From Haliea sp. (GTDB taxonomy: Bacteria; Pseudomonadota; Gammaproteobacteria; Pseudomonadales; Halieaceae), in contig PKCY01000148.1 of assembly GCA_002862985.1 (NCBI GenBank), positions 1 to 57,606 of the forward strand: a stretch of 57,606 nt of DNA, read 5' to 3'. The notes under the pieces are model-generated. The model saw nothing but the letters and a program-made list of their open reading frames with translations, did no database searches and was not told where the DNA came from. The translations under genes were made by a program, and so were the position numbers. Position 1 is the first letter of the stretch. Every line of letters begins with the position of its first letter. Below are positions 26,467-36,411 of the stretch, piece by piece.

Positions 26467-27075
26467 ATGATAGATATTTTGGCAACATTCATACTCTTTT
26501 TTGCGGTGATAGACCCTATTGGTACGGTGCCTGTATTTATGAAGGTTACCAGCCAGTTCGATGAGCGTGCAAAAAGAAGGATTGCTGTTAAAGCTGTGTT
26601 GGTTGCAGGGGGAATCTTGTTGTTCTTCGTTGTGGCCGGGGAAGTTATCCTTGATGCAATGGCTATTCCACTGTCGGCATTTCAGATCGCCGGTGGAATA
26701 GTATTGTTTCTATTCGCCCTCTCTATGGTTTTTGGGGAGAGCAAGCCTGAACAAGAAGTTAAAATGGCGGTGAGCATTAGTGAAACTGCCATTTTCCCGC
26801 TCGCCGTTCCGTCTGTTGCTGGGCCAGGGGCGATGCTGGCGGCCGTATTGATGACCGAAAACGTTCGCTTCGGCATTATGGAGCAGGCCCAGACAGCTGT
26901 AGTCATTTGTTCGGTGTTACTGCTCGCCCTTCTCCTCATGCTGGGAGCGACCTGGATTCAACGTTTCATTGGCAACAGTGGAGCCAGCATTGTCAGTCGG
27001 GTAATGGGCCTTATCCTTGCCTCCGTTGCGACGGAAAATATATTGGTCGGGATCAAAGAATACTTTTTACTGTAA
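26467..27075 (+). CDS. MarC-family membrane protein
   Basis: Motifs FAVIDPIG, AFQIAGG, FPLAVPSVAGPG and SRVMGLILA. R'' GGCTAAC lies at 27089-27095. Confidence 0.92.
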   Translation: MIDILATFILFFAVIDPIGTVPVFMKVTSQFDERAKRRIAVKAVLVAGGILLFFVVAGEVILDAMAIPLSAFQIAGGIVLFLFALSMVFGESKPEQEVKMAVSISETAIFPLAVPSVAGPGAMLAAVLMTENVRFGIMEQAQTAVVICSVLLLALLLMLGATWIQRFIGNSGASIVSRVMGLILASVATENILVGIKEYFLL

Positions 27076-27340
27076 ACCTCACAATTGCGGCTAACAGATT
27101 CAAGCGGCCTGACGCTGAAACTGTTGCGTGTTTTAGCCGCCCCGTTGTCGCTACATGAAGAGATGTTATCAATGCATAGCCATCGTTATCAAAAACAAGA
27201 ACAATCCAGAATTGGCCAATTGCCATTGGCGGGACATAAGTAATGAGAGGTTGGCCGCACCACAAAAGAAGTCTAGGCTTTGCCCGCAAACACCGCGACG
27301 AGAATTCTGTGCTCACTGCTGATGATGTGAAGTGGCCAAG

Positions 27341-27646
27341 ATGAGCAATCCTACTGAGAGCGAACAAAAAAAACTGGACAAGATGTCGAAGGCTGGCCAA
27401 GTGCACTTTGCAATGCTTGTTATATTGATTTGCCTGGGCAGTATTTCTTTTCTAGTCCCTGATGATACAGCGCCATTAATGGCGGTGGGGGTGGGGGTTC
27501 TAATCTGTGTTGTGGGGCTATCGGCAGTGAACTTGCAGTATTTTCAAAAGTGCCCTCGCTGTGGAGTCCGAATCGACCGTAAACAAGGTTCGTGTGTGCA
27601 CTGTGGGTTAAAATACCATGTCAGGGAATCAACCAAGACAGGTTAG
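27341..27646 (+). CDS. 2-TM protein with C-terminal zinc ribbon, cassette
   Basis: Motif CPRC...CVHC. Confidence 0.6.
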   Translation: MSNPTESEQKKLDKMSKAGQVHFAMLVILICLGSISFLVPDDTAPLMAVGVGVLICVVGLSAVNLQYFQKCPRCGVRIDRKQGSCVHCGLKYHVRESTKTG

Positions 27647-27774
27647 GGTTGGAAGGAGTAGTCCGCGCAACAAATACAGGCTGCCGGAACACCCAAACCA
27701 TGACATTTTTAGCTGCTCCAGCCGTGAGCATCCTGTGTCGTAGACACTGAGAGTAATGGTGGTGAATTTGAAGC

Positions 27775-28020
27775 ATGAGTAGAGATCAGCCAAATAATCC
27801 ATTGCATGGTATTACGCTTGAGATGATCGTAACGAGGTTGGTGGATCGCTATGGCTGGGATAAGCTTGCCCGGAGAATCGACATCAATTGCTTTAAGAGC
27901 GATCCCTCCATTAAGTCATCCGTAAATTTTTTCCGTAAGACCCCATGGGCGCGAGATAAAGTTGAGAGATTGTATATCTCAACATTTGTCGAGAAATCGC
28001 CATGGGGTAACACTGGATAA
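27775..28020 (+). CDS. VF530/DUF2132 DNA-binding protein
   Basis: [12 protein letters not shown]...[25 protein letters not shown]. Confidence 0.92.
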   Translation: MSRDQPNNPLHGITLEMIVTRLVDRYGWDKLARRIDINCFKSDPSIKSSVNFFRKTPWARDKVERLYISTFVEKSPWGNTG

Positions 28021-28060
28021 AATATCTTTCGCTAATTGATAGCTCAAGCCAGGCATATAG

Positions 28061-28309
28061 ATGAAATTGTTGGCGCGCAACTTAGATCGCTTAACAACTG
28101 AAGAAGAGTTGAGTGACTTATTTCAAGCATTCGGCCATGTTCAATCTTGTAGCTTAGTCATTGATAGAGCCAGTGGTAAATCCAAAGGCTTCGGCTTTAT
28201 TGAAATGCCAAAGGTTGGGGAAGCAAAAAATGCAATGAAAAGCCTTAACGGCAAGATTGTCGGTAATAACAAAATACGAGTTAAGAAGGCGGAAACGAAA
28301 AATGTGTGA
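28061..28309 (+). CDS. RRM RNA-binding protein
   Basis: RNP1 motif KSKGFGFIEM. The stop overlaps the last attC-like site (GTGTGAC 28304 ... ~28393). Confidence 0.92.
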   Translation: MKLLARNLDRLTTEEELSDLFQAFGHVQSCSLVIDRASGKSKGFGFIEMPKVGEAKNAMKSLNGKIVGNNKIRVKKAETKNV

Positions 28310-28428
28310 CCACTGCGCGTTGTCGTTGCGACACGGTCGGGTGCGGCACTGGTCTGCGGTCGTCGCGATGGTACCAGCCGCAGAGTGTAAATGCGGTTGA
28401 CGCAGATGGGTAAATTACACCCATTTAG

Positions 28429-28800
28429 TTGACAGATATTAATGAATTTGACAGCTTATATAGTGCCGTTTTAACTAGAGATAGCCGGGCGCGACTATTG
28501 ATGGTGCTGGGGCCTGATAGCTGCGCGGCAGTTAACGGAGCGATTTCGGCGATACATGATGGCGCTGTGTTGCCAGGACATATACCCTCACTCTTAGAAG
28601 CGATAGGACCCGCGGTTGGTCTTGCGGAAGAAAAATCTGGCAATTTGCTGGAAAACACAATTCGAGAGAACGTGCGGATGAACGCTGCCACTTTGCGAGC
28701 ATCTTCGCCTATCCTGAGTAAGTTGGCCGCGAGCGATGAGCTCAAGGTTGCGGGCGGTGTCTATAATTTGAAGACGGGTAGGGTTGAACTGATTGACTAA
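28429..28800 (+). pseudogene. C-terminal fragment of beta-carbonic anhydrase
   Basis: LMVLGPDSCAAV (the Zn ligand H of HxxC is replaced by P), IRENVR and GGVYNLKTGRVELI. The N-terminal CxDxR region is missing. Confidence 0.75.
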
Positions 28801-28858
28801 ACCCGGTGAGCTCAAATGCGGTGTGGTAGCGCACCGACACCGTAACCCTGGAGTTGAT

Positions 28859-29305
28859 ATGACCCTTCTCATTAGGCTAATTTTCTTTGTCGCTGCGGCG
28901 TCGGTTGCCAGCACCACCTGGTCGATCGAAGCGTCCGAGAAAGTCAGCGTAACGCCTGTGCTTAAAACACAGAAAAACTGGTATGGAGATCAGATTGTCT
29001 ATCCGTCGGGAAAGGCGGAAGCCACGGTGGTCGTGGTGGAGATCGCGCCAGGCGGCGCAACCGGCTGGCATTCTCACCCGGTGCCGAGCTTTGGAATGGT
29101 GATGGAAGGCGCGATTGAGGTGGAGTTTGAAAATGGGGAGGTCAAGCATTTGATGGCGGGTCAGGCCGCTGCGGAGGCAGTGAACGTTTGGCACAACGGC
29201 CACAATAGGGGTGAGGTAACGGCAAAGTTGGTAGTGTTCTATGCAGGCGCAACTGACCAGCCATTAACGGTGCAGAAACACACTCAGCCTGGCAGTGCGC
29301 GTTAG
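28859..29305 (+). CDS. Secreted cupin-domain protein
   Basis: Signal peptide; motifs PGGATGWHSHP and WHNGHN. Confidence 0.85.
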   Translation: MTLLIRLIFFVAAASVASTTWSIEASEKVSVTPVLKTQKNWYGDQIVYPSGKAEATVVVVEIAPGGATGWHSHPVPSFGMVMEGAIEVEFENGEVKHLMAGQAAAEAVNVWHNGHNRGEVTAKLVVFYAGATDQPLTVQKHTQPGSAR

Positions 29306-31281
29306 GGAGTAACGATATTAAACGCGCTGTCGGGCCGGTCCAGCAGGGCGAAAAATTTCACTAGATCCAGCTTGCTGCCCTCCACGGAAACGTCATCCGA
29401 GAACAAAATCTCACGAATCCCTACCTGGCCTGTCAGCATTTTTACAAATAGGGCATGCGTAATGCGAATAGTGGCGTTTGCGTTCTCGGCGCGTTTTCCA
29501 CTGCGGTGGTGAAGCACCGCATTTTCCAACTCCAATGCATGCACTTCATTCAGATCGGTAAACTCCAGGTTGAGCACATAGGTTTTTCCATCCGCCTTGG
29601 GGCCATTGAGCATCACTGTTATCAGCTCTAAAAACTGATCCACTGGGGTTTCCCTGATCAGGTCCTCGGCGGCCGCGAGGCTGAGGCCGGACTTGGGTGG
29701 GCCCTGTCGCAGTTCCAGAGCACCGGTGAGATAGACGTCCCGCCAGGGTCCAGACTCTGCTTGGTAAGCCATTTGGTCGTAGGTTTGAGCTAAAAGGGAT
29801 TTGGCCGCTTTATTGTCTGGTTGTGCAAATACCAGATGATTGAGTAACTCTGCGACCCAGCGATATTCACCCTTGTCAAAATCCTCCTGCGCTTTTGTCA
29901 TGATGGCATCAGCACCGCCCATCATGCGCACATAATGTTGTGCCGCTTCTTCGGGTGGGAGTGGATCGAGATTGGCCGGGTTGGCGTCGTACCAGCCAAA
30001 ATACTTCTGGTAGACCGCCTTAGCGTTGTGTTTCAAGGTCCCGTAGTAGCCACGATTAGGGAAGTTTTTGCGTAATTCCTCGGGCATCTCCAGCAGGTCG
30101 GCAATTTCACGTGAAGTGTAGCCCAGGCTCGCAAGGCGGAGAGTCTGGTCGTGAATATAGGCGTAACCATCTCTTTGTTTTTTCAGGAAATCGATGATGA
30201 TTTCATTCCCCCACAGCGGCCAGTGATGGCTGCCGAAATACACTTCCGTATCGGGAAACAGCTGAATGGCTTCATCGATGTAATGCGCCCACTTGCGCGC
30301 ATCGCGTACCTCAGCCCCGCGCAAGGTATACAGGTTGTGCATATTGCGCGACGTGACTTCGGCGCCACAGAACGCTTTAAACTGCGGTAGATAAAACGTG
30401 AGTTCAGCGGGTGCTTCTGACCCAGGTGCATTCTGGAAAATGAACTCCACACCATCGATCAGGACAGTCTCCCCGGTGGAGTCGATTATTCGTGTTGGCT
30501 CGGCGATGCTGGGGCTGCCAAAGGCGGGGCCTTTTCCAAGGCCGGAACCGACATGACCGCGCACGGAGTGTTCAAGTTGACTGCCGTACATGAACATAGC
30601 GCGTCGACTCATGGTACTACCAACAACCACATTTTCGCTGGTCGCCTCGTCCATGAATCCCACTGGTGCGATGATTTCCGTGTCGTTCCCGATCTCCAAA
30701 ACCGACAGCGCCCCCCCGAAGTGATCGATATGGGAATGGGTAAAGATAACGGCAGAGATTGGCTTGTTAGGCAGATGCTCCCGGGCAAAGGCAAGGGCCG
30801 CAGCGGCAGTTTCTTTGGTCGTCAGCGGGTCAACGAGAATCCAGCCAGTTTTTCCCTCAATAATGGTCATATTCGACAGGTCAAAGCCGCGCAGCTGATA
30901 GATGCCCGGTGTTACCTCGAACAAGCCATGATTGTTGTTAAGTGTGGCCTGACGCCATAGGCTTGGGTTTACCGTAGCGGGTGCCTCTCCTGTGACAAAA
31001 TCGTAAGAGGGCATGTCCCAGATAATTGAATTTTCGGGGCCATCGATAATGAGAGATTTGTGGGATGCGATCAGTCCGCGGCTTGCGTCCTCGAAATCCC
31101 GTTGATCACCAAGATCCAACTCCTCGCTAACCATCTGGTTGGCACGTATGGTCTCTTGTGTAGCGGCGGTATTACCCTGCGCGCCGAGTGCAGTATCATT
31201 AGGAGTTTCCCCCTGGCAGGCGAAGAGCAACACTGCCAAGGGTAAAAGTGGCACAATCTGCCAAGAGCGGGAATAGGGCAC
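29302..31281 (-). CDS. Alkyl sulfatase (SdsA1/BDS1-type MBL with dimerisation and SCP2 domains), lipoprotein
   Basis: Lipobox LFAC; motifs VNPSLWRQ, THSHIDHFGG, HNLYTLRG, HHWP and GWYDANPANL. Confidence 0.93.
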   Translation of the reverse strand: MPYSRSWQIVPLLPLAVLLFACQGETPNDTALGAQGNTAATQETIRANQMVSEELDLGDQRDFEDASRGLIASHKSLIIDGPENSIIWDMPSYDFVTGEAPATVNPSLWRQATLNNNHGLFEVTPGIYQLRGFDLSNMTIIEGKTGWILVDPLTTKETAAAALAFAREHLPNKPISAVIFTHSHIDHFGGALSVLEIGNDTEIIAPVGFMDEATSENVVVGSTMSRRAMFMYGSQLEHSVRGHVGSGLGKGPAFGSPSIAEPTRIIDSTGETVLIDGVEFIFQNAPGSEAPAELTFYLPQFKAFCGAEVTSRNMHNLYTLRGAEVRDARKWAHYIDEAIQLFPDTEVYFGSHHWPLWGNEIIIDFLKKQRDGYAYIHDQTLRLASLGYTSREIADLLEMPEELRKNFPNRGYYGTLKHNAKAVYQKYFGWYDANPANLDPLPPEEAAQHYVRMMGGADAIMTKAQEDFDKGEYRWVAELLNHLVFAQPDNKAAKSLLAQTYDQMAYQAESGPWRDVYLTGALELRQGPPKSGLSLAAAEDLIRETPVDQFLELITVMLNGPKADGKTYVLNLEFTDLNEVHALELENAVLHHRSGKRAENANATIRITHALFVKMLTGQVGIREILFSDDVSVEGSKLDLVKFFALLDRPDSAFNIVTP

Positions 31282-31530
31282 GGTGTTTCTCCTGGCAACA
31301 ACTGAGTTGAATCGAGCGGGCTAGCGCTGGCGCGCGCACCACCGGAAAAAGTTAGCGGTTGACATTATCAGCTAGCTCGCCACTGCTCAAGTGGTTCGCG
31401 GGTTTACTTCTGGTAACTCCGAGTTGGTGGTTGCACTTATGTCATTGGGGCTGAAGCAGCAGTGCATGCGGCCAGTTTTAGTCTCGTACGGTTTGGTGAA
31501 ACTTACGTTTATCAACGGAGAATCACAACT

Positions 31531-32172
31531 ATGAAAGTAACTCTTTTTGGCGCCACTGGTGACTTGGGCGGGGAGTGCCTGGCACAGTGTCTGCAGGCCG
31601 GTCATGATGTGACGGTGTTGGTGCGCACCCCGGACAAACTTCCGGCGGTATTCAAAGACCGAATCCGTGTTGTCCAGGGAGATGGGCTGGTTTTGGAGGA
31701 TGTGTCTCGCGCACTGCCCTCAGGCACGCACGCGATCCTGTTCGCGGTGGGCGTTGATGAAAAAACCTCGCCACCTGACCTGTGTACCGATATTACGCGT
31801 CATATACTCACCGTCATGCGCCAGACACATATTCCACGGTTTGTCTGGTGTGGCGGTGGTAGTACACTTCGCCCCGATGATGTGGTTACCTTTGGTGCGA
31901 AATTTGTGTGCTGGTTTTCTGAGATATTCCTCAAGCATCGGCACACCGATAAACAGCATCAATTGACACTGTTGGACGAGAATACAGATCTGTGCTGGGT
32001 CGGTATCCGGCCCTTGCAGATGAAACAGGGCGCAATGAAAGGTCGTTATCGGCTAGGATTTAACGCGTTCAGTGGTATGTCGAAAATACATTTCGCCGAC
32101 TGTGCTCAAGCGATGATTCGCATGCTCGAAGACGATACCTGGCTAGGCAAAGCACCGATTATTCAGTATTAG
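31531..32172 (+). CDS. NAD(P)-binding atypical SDR (flavin reductase/BVR-B-like)
   Basis: Rossmann motif FGATGDLGG; I...DCAQAM. Confidence 0.85.
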   Translation: MKVTLFGATGDLGGECLAQCLQAGHDVTVLVRTPDKLPAVFKDRIRVVQGDGLVLEDVSRALPSGTHAILFAVGVDEKTSPPDLCTDITRHILTVMRQTHIPRFVWCGGGSTLRPDDVVTFGAKFVCWFSEIFLKHRHTDKQHQLTLLDENTDLCWVGIRPLQMKQGAMKGRYRLGFNAFSGMSKIHFADCAQAMIRMLEDDTWLGKAPIIQY

Positions 32173-32198
32173 CTGGGATAGCACCGACTCACTCGAAT

Positions 32199-32600
32199 GT
32201 GGTACCGAAGATGACAGATTGGAACGATACAATGAAAGCTGCGATCAAAACCTATGATGCTGCGCAAGAATACAATTTTGCCGAGGGGTGCTACATAAAC
32301 GAGCTTTCAAGTTCCAGTGACGATCCGCATGTATCGATAGCCCGTGCCCGGCTGGCGCCTGGAAAGACCACTCGTTGGCACTACTTGAAAGGGACAGGAG
32401 AGCGTTATGTTATACAGGATGGTTTCGGGGTAGTGGAAATCCAGGATTTGTCGGCCAAGGAGGTGAATGCAGGAGATGTGGTACTTATCCCTCCTGGCGC
32501 CAGACGGCGTATTTGTAACACCGGCGCAGATGATCTGGTTTTCCTGGCGATTTGTTCGCCGCCCTTCAGCGCTGATGTTTACATTGATGCTGAAGACTAG
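32199..32600 (+). CDS. Cupin-domain protein
   Basis: SIARARLAPGKTTRWH...ERY...LVFLAICSPPF. Confidence 0.85.
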   Translation: MVPKMTDWNDTMKAAIKTYDAAQEYNFAEGCYINELSSSSDDPHVSIARARLAPGKTTRWHYLKGTGERYVIQDGFGVVEIQDLSAKEVNAGDVVLIPPGARRRICNTGADDLVFLAICSPPFSADVYIDAED

Positions 32601-32648
32601 GTGGATTACGGCTTAAACCTGAGTCCCAATTGATAGAGGAGGCTAGCG

Positions 32649-33188
32649 ATGGCAGAGCGATTTGAGCAGTTGGAAGGTAAGCACATTGATTTTATTCAGG
32701 CCCAGAAAATGTACTTTGTGGGCACCGCGGCGGATGACGGTTACACCAATGTTTCGCCCAAGGGTATGGACAGTTTTCGAGTGCTCGATAATGCTACTGT
32801 CGCCTGGCTGAATCTCACTGGCAGCGGTAACGAGACGGCCGCCCATGTATTGGAAAACGGCCGCATGACAGTGATGTTTTGTTCCTTCGATAAGCAACCA
32901 CTCATTTTGCGCCTTTACGGCCAGGCAACGGTAACGCATAAGGGTGAGGCGAAGTGGGATACTCTGTCGGCTCTATTCCCCCGTTACACCGGCGCCCGCC
33001 AAATATTCAGCCTGGCGCTGGCGCTGGTGCAGACCTCCTGCGGCTATGCCGTACCCCATTACACTTTAAAAAGTGAGCGACCGACGCTGACCAAGTGGGC
33101 GGATGGGCGTGGCGAGGAAGGGATAAGAGACTACTGGCAGGAAAAAAATACGGTAAGCCTGAATGGCAAAGATACTGGAATCAGCTAG
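32649..33188 (+). CDS. Pyridoxamine 5'-phosphate oxidase-like protein
   Basis: Motifs NVSPKG, LTGSGNETAAH and QTSCGYAVP. Confidence 0.9.
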   Translation: MAERFEQLEGKHIDFIQAQKMYFVGTAADDGYTNVSPKGMDSFRVLDNATVAWLNLTGSGNETAAHVLENGRMTVMFCSFDKQPLILRLYGQATVTHKGEAKWDTLSALFPRYTGARQIFSLALALVQTSCGYAVPHYTLKSERPTLTKWADGRGEEGIRDYWQEKNTVSLNGKDTGIS

Positions 33189-33194
33189 GACAAC

Positions 33195-33452
33195 GTGATG
33201 GCAGAGATTAGCTTTACCAGCGAGGAGCGCGATGTTATTTGTCGCAAAATACAACTGTACTTTCAAGAAGAACTTGAACGGGAGATAGGGCAGTTCGATG
33301 CCGGTTTTCTGTTGGATTTCTTTGCGAAGGAAATCGGGTCCTATTTTTATAACAGAGGTCTGTACGATGCCCAGGCTGTTCTTGAGAGTCGTCTGGAAAA
33401 TATTGCCGAGGCTATCTATGAAATTGAAAAGCCGACCGATTTTCTTCGGTAA
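33195..33452 (+). CDS. DUF2164-family protein
   Basis: EIGQFDAGFLLDFFAKEIGSYFYNRGLYDA. Confidence 0.9.
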   Translation: MMAEISFTSEERDVICRKIQLYFQEELEREIGQFDAGFLLDFFAKEIGSYFYNRGLYDAQAVLESRLENIAEAIYEIEKPTDFLR

Positions 33453-33580
33453 GCTGCCGCCGTGGAAAATAGCGCTGGGTTGACGGAAAATGATACTAAC
33501 TGATTGGGTGGCAAAACTCGGTAGCTGTTGAGTGCCCGTCGGCCAGAATACTTCACTGATTTGTGCGATCACGATGTTCT

Positions 33581-34402
33581 ATGAAAGAATTTGACCCACT
33601 ACATGATGTCGAAAATAACCGGCTAATTCTCGATGGTGGTCAGTGGCCCAGCTTTCACGGTGCTGAAGTACAGGATCTCAGTATTTGGCGAGGCGATGTC
33701 CGGCCGGACGATAATGTGCGGACTGGCGCTGTGATAGAGGCCTCATTTGAGTTGTGTGCGTTGCGCGAGCCGTATATTGCCGTGTTGAAGTTTCACGATT
33801 GTGACGCTATCAATTTGCAGGGATTCAATCACCAAAATGCAGTGTATGACTTGGTTTTCGAGTACAAGGCAAGGGATAGCTATAGTGATGAGACGCCGTT
33901 GCCTCTCCCTATAGTTGTAACTTTTGAGCGGGCATTTGGTGCGGCGCTGTCGTTTAATTGTTTTCGTATTGAGGCCTTACAAAAGATAGCGGTAGGTGCT
34001 ACCGAATTGCAGAAATTGCTTGGTGCGCTGGCTCCCGAACTGGTCTCCGGCGAGTTTGTGTTCGCCACGGTGCCAGACTCGCGGCTCGGCGAGTGTATGC
34101 AATTGTCTCCGTTGGCATCCTTTCGAGAAAAAGAGGGAATGACCTTGGTATTATCCAGAGACAGTGCCGAGAAAGCGGGCTTCGATTGTGCGCAGGTCTT
34201 TCGGTGTATTACGTTGGGGGTACACTCCAGTTTGGAGTTGGTGGGTTTGACTGCCGCTGTCTCCTCAAAATTGGCCCGAGGTGGAATCAGTGCCAACGTT
34301 ATTGCTGCTTATCACCACGACCATATCTTTGTACCGTCTGCATTAGCTGGCGATGCGTTGGCCGTGCTGCAGGAATTTAGCTTTCACAGTGAGAGACGCT
34401 AG
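33581..34402 (+). CDS. Imm50-like immunity domain fused to tandem ACT (DUF2241/ACT_7) domain
   Basis: N-terminal WPSFHGAEV...FNHQNAV; C-terminal FREKEGMTL...HSSLELVGLTAAV...SANVIAAYHHDHIFV. Confidence 0.7.
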   Translation: MKEFDPLHDVENNRLILDGGQWPSFHGAEVQDLSIWRGDVRPDDNVRTGAVIEASFELCALREPYIAVLKFHDCDAINLQGFNHQNAVYDLVFEYKARDSYSDETPLPLPIVVTFERAFGAALSFNCFRIEALQKIAVGATELQKLLGALAPELVSGEFVFATVPDSRLGECMQLSPLASFREKEGMTLVLSRDSAEKAGFDCAQVFRCITLGVHSSLELVGLTAAVSSKLARGGISANVIAAYHHDHIFVPSALAGDALAVLQEFSFHSERR

Positions 34403-34474
34403 ACTCTCCGACCAGTGCACTCGACAGTGTGGTAATCACTCGCACTGTCACCCCATCAAATGCCTAATCAAGCG

Positions 34475-35920
34475 CTACTCAAACACGCCATGCATGTACC
34501 ATTGTCGTCCCAGGCGGTCGCGAAACACCCAGTAGTGTTGTCCGCCGCTGTCGGTGGCGACATAATAATCGCGGCTCACCGCCTCGTGCCACCAGTTATC
34601 CTCGATGCGTTCCGGTCCGTAGACCAGGTCCAGGGCACCCTGCCAGTACAGTTGTTTACCCTGTTGTCGCAGAGCTTTGGGCTGTGGCATCAGCCAGAAG
34701 GGGCGTTGGGCGCAGTGCTCGTTACTGTGCTGTTCATTCCCCGGGTGGTCACTGCTGATGAGTGCCGCAAATTCTGGTAGATGTTCGTCACGGCAGCCGA
34801 CTTTCTCGATTGCCTGTAAGCCCAGGCGGCTGTGCAGCCTGTCCAGCAGACTGGTCAGGGGCTCGCGCTGGTTGCGGGGGCTGAACAGGTCGATGCTGTC
34901 CTGTTGTCCCGGACGCAAGTGCTCGCAGATCAGAGTCAGGCCTTCCACGCTGTCAGTTAATGTCACCTGCGCAAAGCGCAGGGTGCTGAGTTGGTACCAG
35001 TTTTCCCAGTCGCTATGATTGCTGGCACTGCGCACACACACATCCCGCACCTGGTGATCGATGCCAATCAGTTGCCAGTTGATTTCGCCGGTTTGTAGCT
35101 GGGTATTGCGCAGAAAGCGGCATAGAGATTGCAGCAGCAGTTGCAGCGCGGGCAATAATTCGTCGTTGGTTTTGACTTCGTAGCCATACCAGTATTCATC
35201 GCTGAAGGTAGCTGGGGGGTGGTAGTCCACTTGCAGGTCTTCGCGCTGTCCCAGAAGTTGTTGCAGGAAGTGAGTGAATTCCTTGCCGCAGCGACGGCCC
35301 AGAGCTGTCGGTGGTAGTGCCAGTACATCGCCCACCGTATGTAAGCCGGCCCGGCGCAGGGAGTCGACGGTGTTAGTGAACTCCTGCAACAGGTTCAGGG
35401 GGAGGGGGTTGAGGCGTTCCGTCAGTGGCTGTTGCATCGCCATGGCCGTGTCTTGCGTGGCAAAAGACAGCAGCCAGGCTGCCTTGGGTGTCGGCGCCAG
35501 GGCGTAGCGCGCCTCGTATCCCCGGCTACCGATACCACTGGTGACTTCAGCCAGCAGCGTATCGATACCCCGGAACAGGTTCAGGCTGCCGCCGATTTCC
35601 AGTTGCAGGCAGTCTGACTGGTAGGTGTGCAGGGTAGGTGTGATGCTATAGGCCCAGCAGCACAGTTGTTGCAGGCAGCGTCGCTCGGCCTGTTCATCCC
35701 GCTCCAGCAGACGCACCGGTTCATTGCCTGCCAGTGCCCGGACGGTGGCGGTGCCCATGTCCTGACGTATTCCCAGGGCAGCGGCGCAGTCGTTGGCGCG
35801 AACGACACGCTGCGCAGCCAGTACCACCACGGGTTGTTGTTCGCAGTGACTCAGGCATTGCAGGGGTAACTGCTCAAAACGCAGACACAGCCATAGGCTC
35901 ATCGGGAATTCCCCGGCCAT
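34475..35920 (-). CDS. imuB: ImuB, Y-family polymerase-like accessory protein
   Basis: Motifs LWLCLRF, APTPKAAWLL, RPFWL and GPERIEDNWW...RDYY...WYMHGVF. The true start may be ATG 35902. Confidence 0.9.
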   Translation of the reverse strand: MAGEFPMSLWLCLRFEQLPLQCLSHCEQQPVVVLAAQRVVRANDCAAALGIRQDMGTATVRALAGNEPVRLLERDEQAERRCLQQLCCWAYSITPTLHTYQSDCLQLEIGGSLNLFRGIDTLLAEVTSGIGSRGYEARYALAPTPKAAWLLSFATQDTAMAMQQPLTERLNPLPLNLLQEFTNTVDSLRRAGLHTVGDVLALPPTALGRRCGKEFTHFLQQLLGQREDLQVDYHPPATFSDEYWYGYEVKTNDELLPALQLLLQSLCRFLRNTQLQTGEINWQLIGIDHQVRDVCVRSASNHSDWENWYQLSTLRFAQVTLTDSVEGLTLICEHLRPGQQDSIDLFSPRNQREPLTSLLDRLHSRLGLQAIEKVGCRDEHLPEFAALISSDHPGNEQHSNEHCAQRPFWLMPQPKALRQQGKQLYWQGALDLVYGPERIEDNWWHEAVSRDYYVATDSGGQHYWVFRDRLGRQWYMHGVFE

Positions 35921-36013
35921 AGGGCTCGCTTTTGGCGAGTGTGATCGCTGTTCTCGTTGTTTCTGAGGGGGCCTGTAACCGGGGGGGGCACTCTCCTTAT
36001 ATTATCACTAATA

Positions 36014-36029
36014 CTGTACATATATACAG
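36014..36029. promoter_or_regulatory. LexA (SOS) box upstream of imuB
   Basis: CTGT-ACATATAT-ACAG, embedded in a longer inverted repeat at 36004-36039. Confidence 0.92.
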
Positions 36030-36411
36030 TATTAGTGATGCGGGCGCACTTGTCTAGCGGCTCAGTAAAATGTGCAGCAGGTTGTCCTTGAAGGTGATGT
36101 TGGCGGGTAGGCCGCTATGGTTGCCGCAGAACCGGAGACCAGGGCGTACATACCGCGGCCACCCAGGCAGCCGTAGAAGCGATTTAGGTGCGAAACGGGT
36201 TATGACTATGCCTATTTGTTACGAAATGTGACAATTGGGTGCGCCGTACCGACCTTCGACCCGTTATTGAGAAGTATGCTGACAGGCATTAATTACCGAA
36301 ATTTCATGAATAATTAATAGATATGGGGTTGCTCAACCCGATAGAAGGGCAGATAGTGGTAACACTTAGCCTAGGTAATGTTACTTTAGGTTACAAAATA
36401 GAGGTCTACTG

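Larger units (their letters stand above)
1..28393 (+). mobile_element. Integron gene-cassette array (distal, decaying part; integrase not in window)
   Basis: Short, unrelated, co-oriented ORFs are each followed by RYYYAAC...GTTRRRY imperfect palindromes. Cassette ends are mutually complementary: GTTATGTCT(421)/AGACATAAC(741-749); GTTAAGCAT(795)/ATGCTTAAC(1344-1352); TTAGGAGGCAC(2048)/GTGCCTCCTAAC(2475-2486); TATGGTGCA(2547)/TGCACCATAAC(3167-3177). Confidence 0.93.

Noticed and set aside
1-28393. CRISPR array interpretation of the recurring repeats
   Set aside because: The repeats vary in length and sequence, are separated by whole genes and carry attC R boxes. There are no cas genes.
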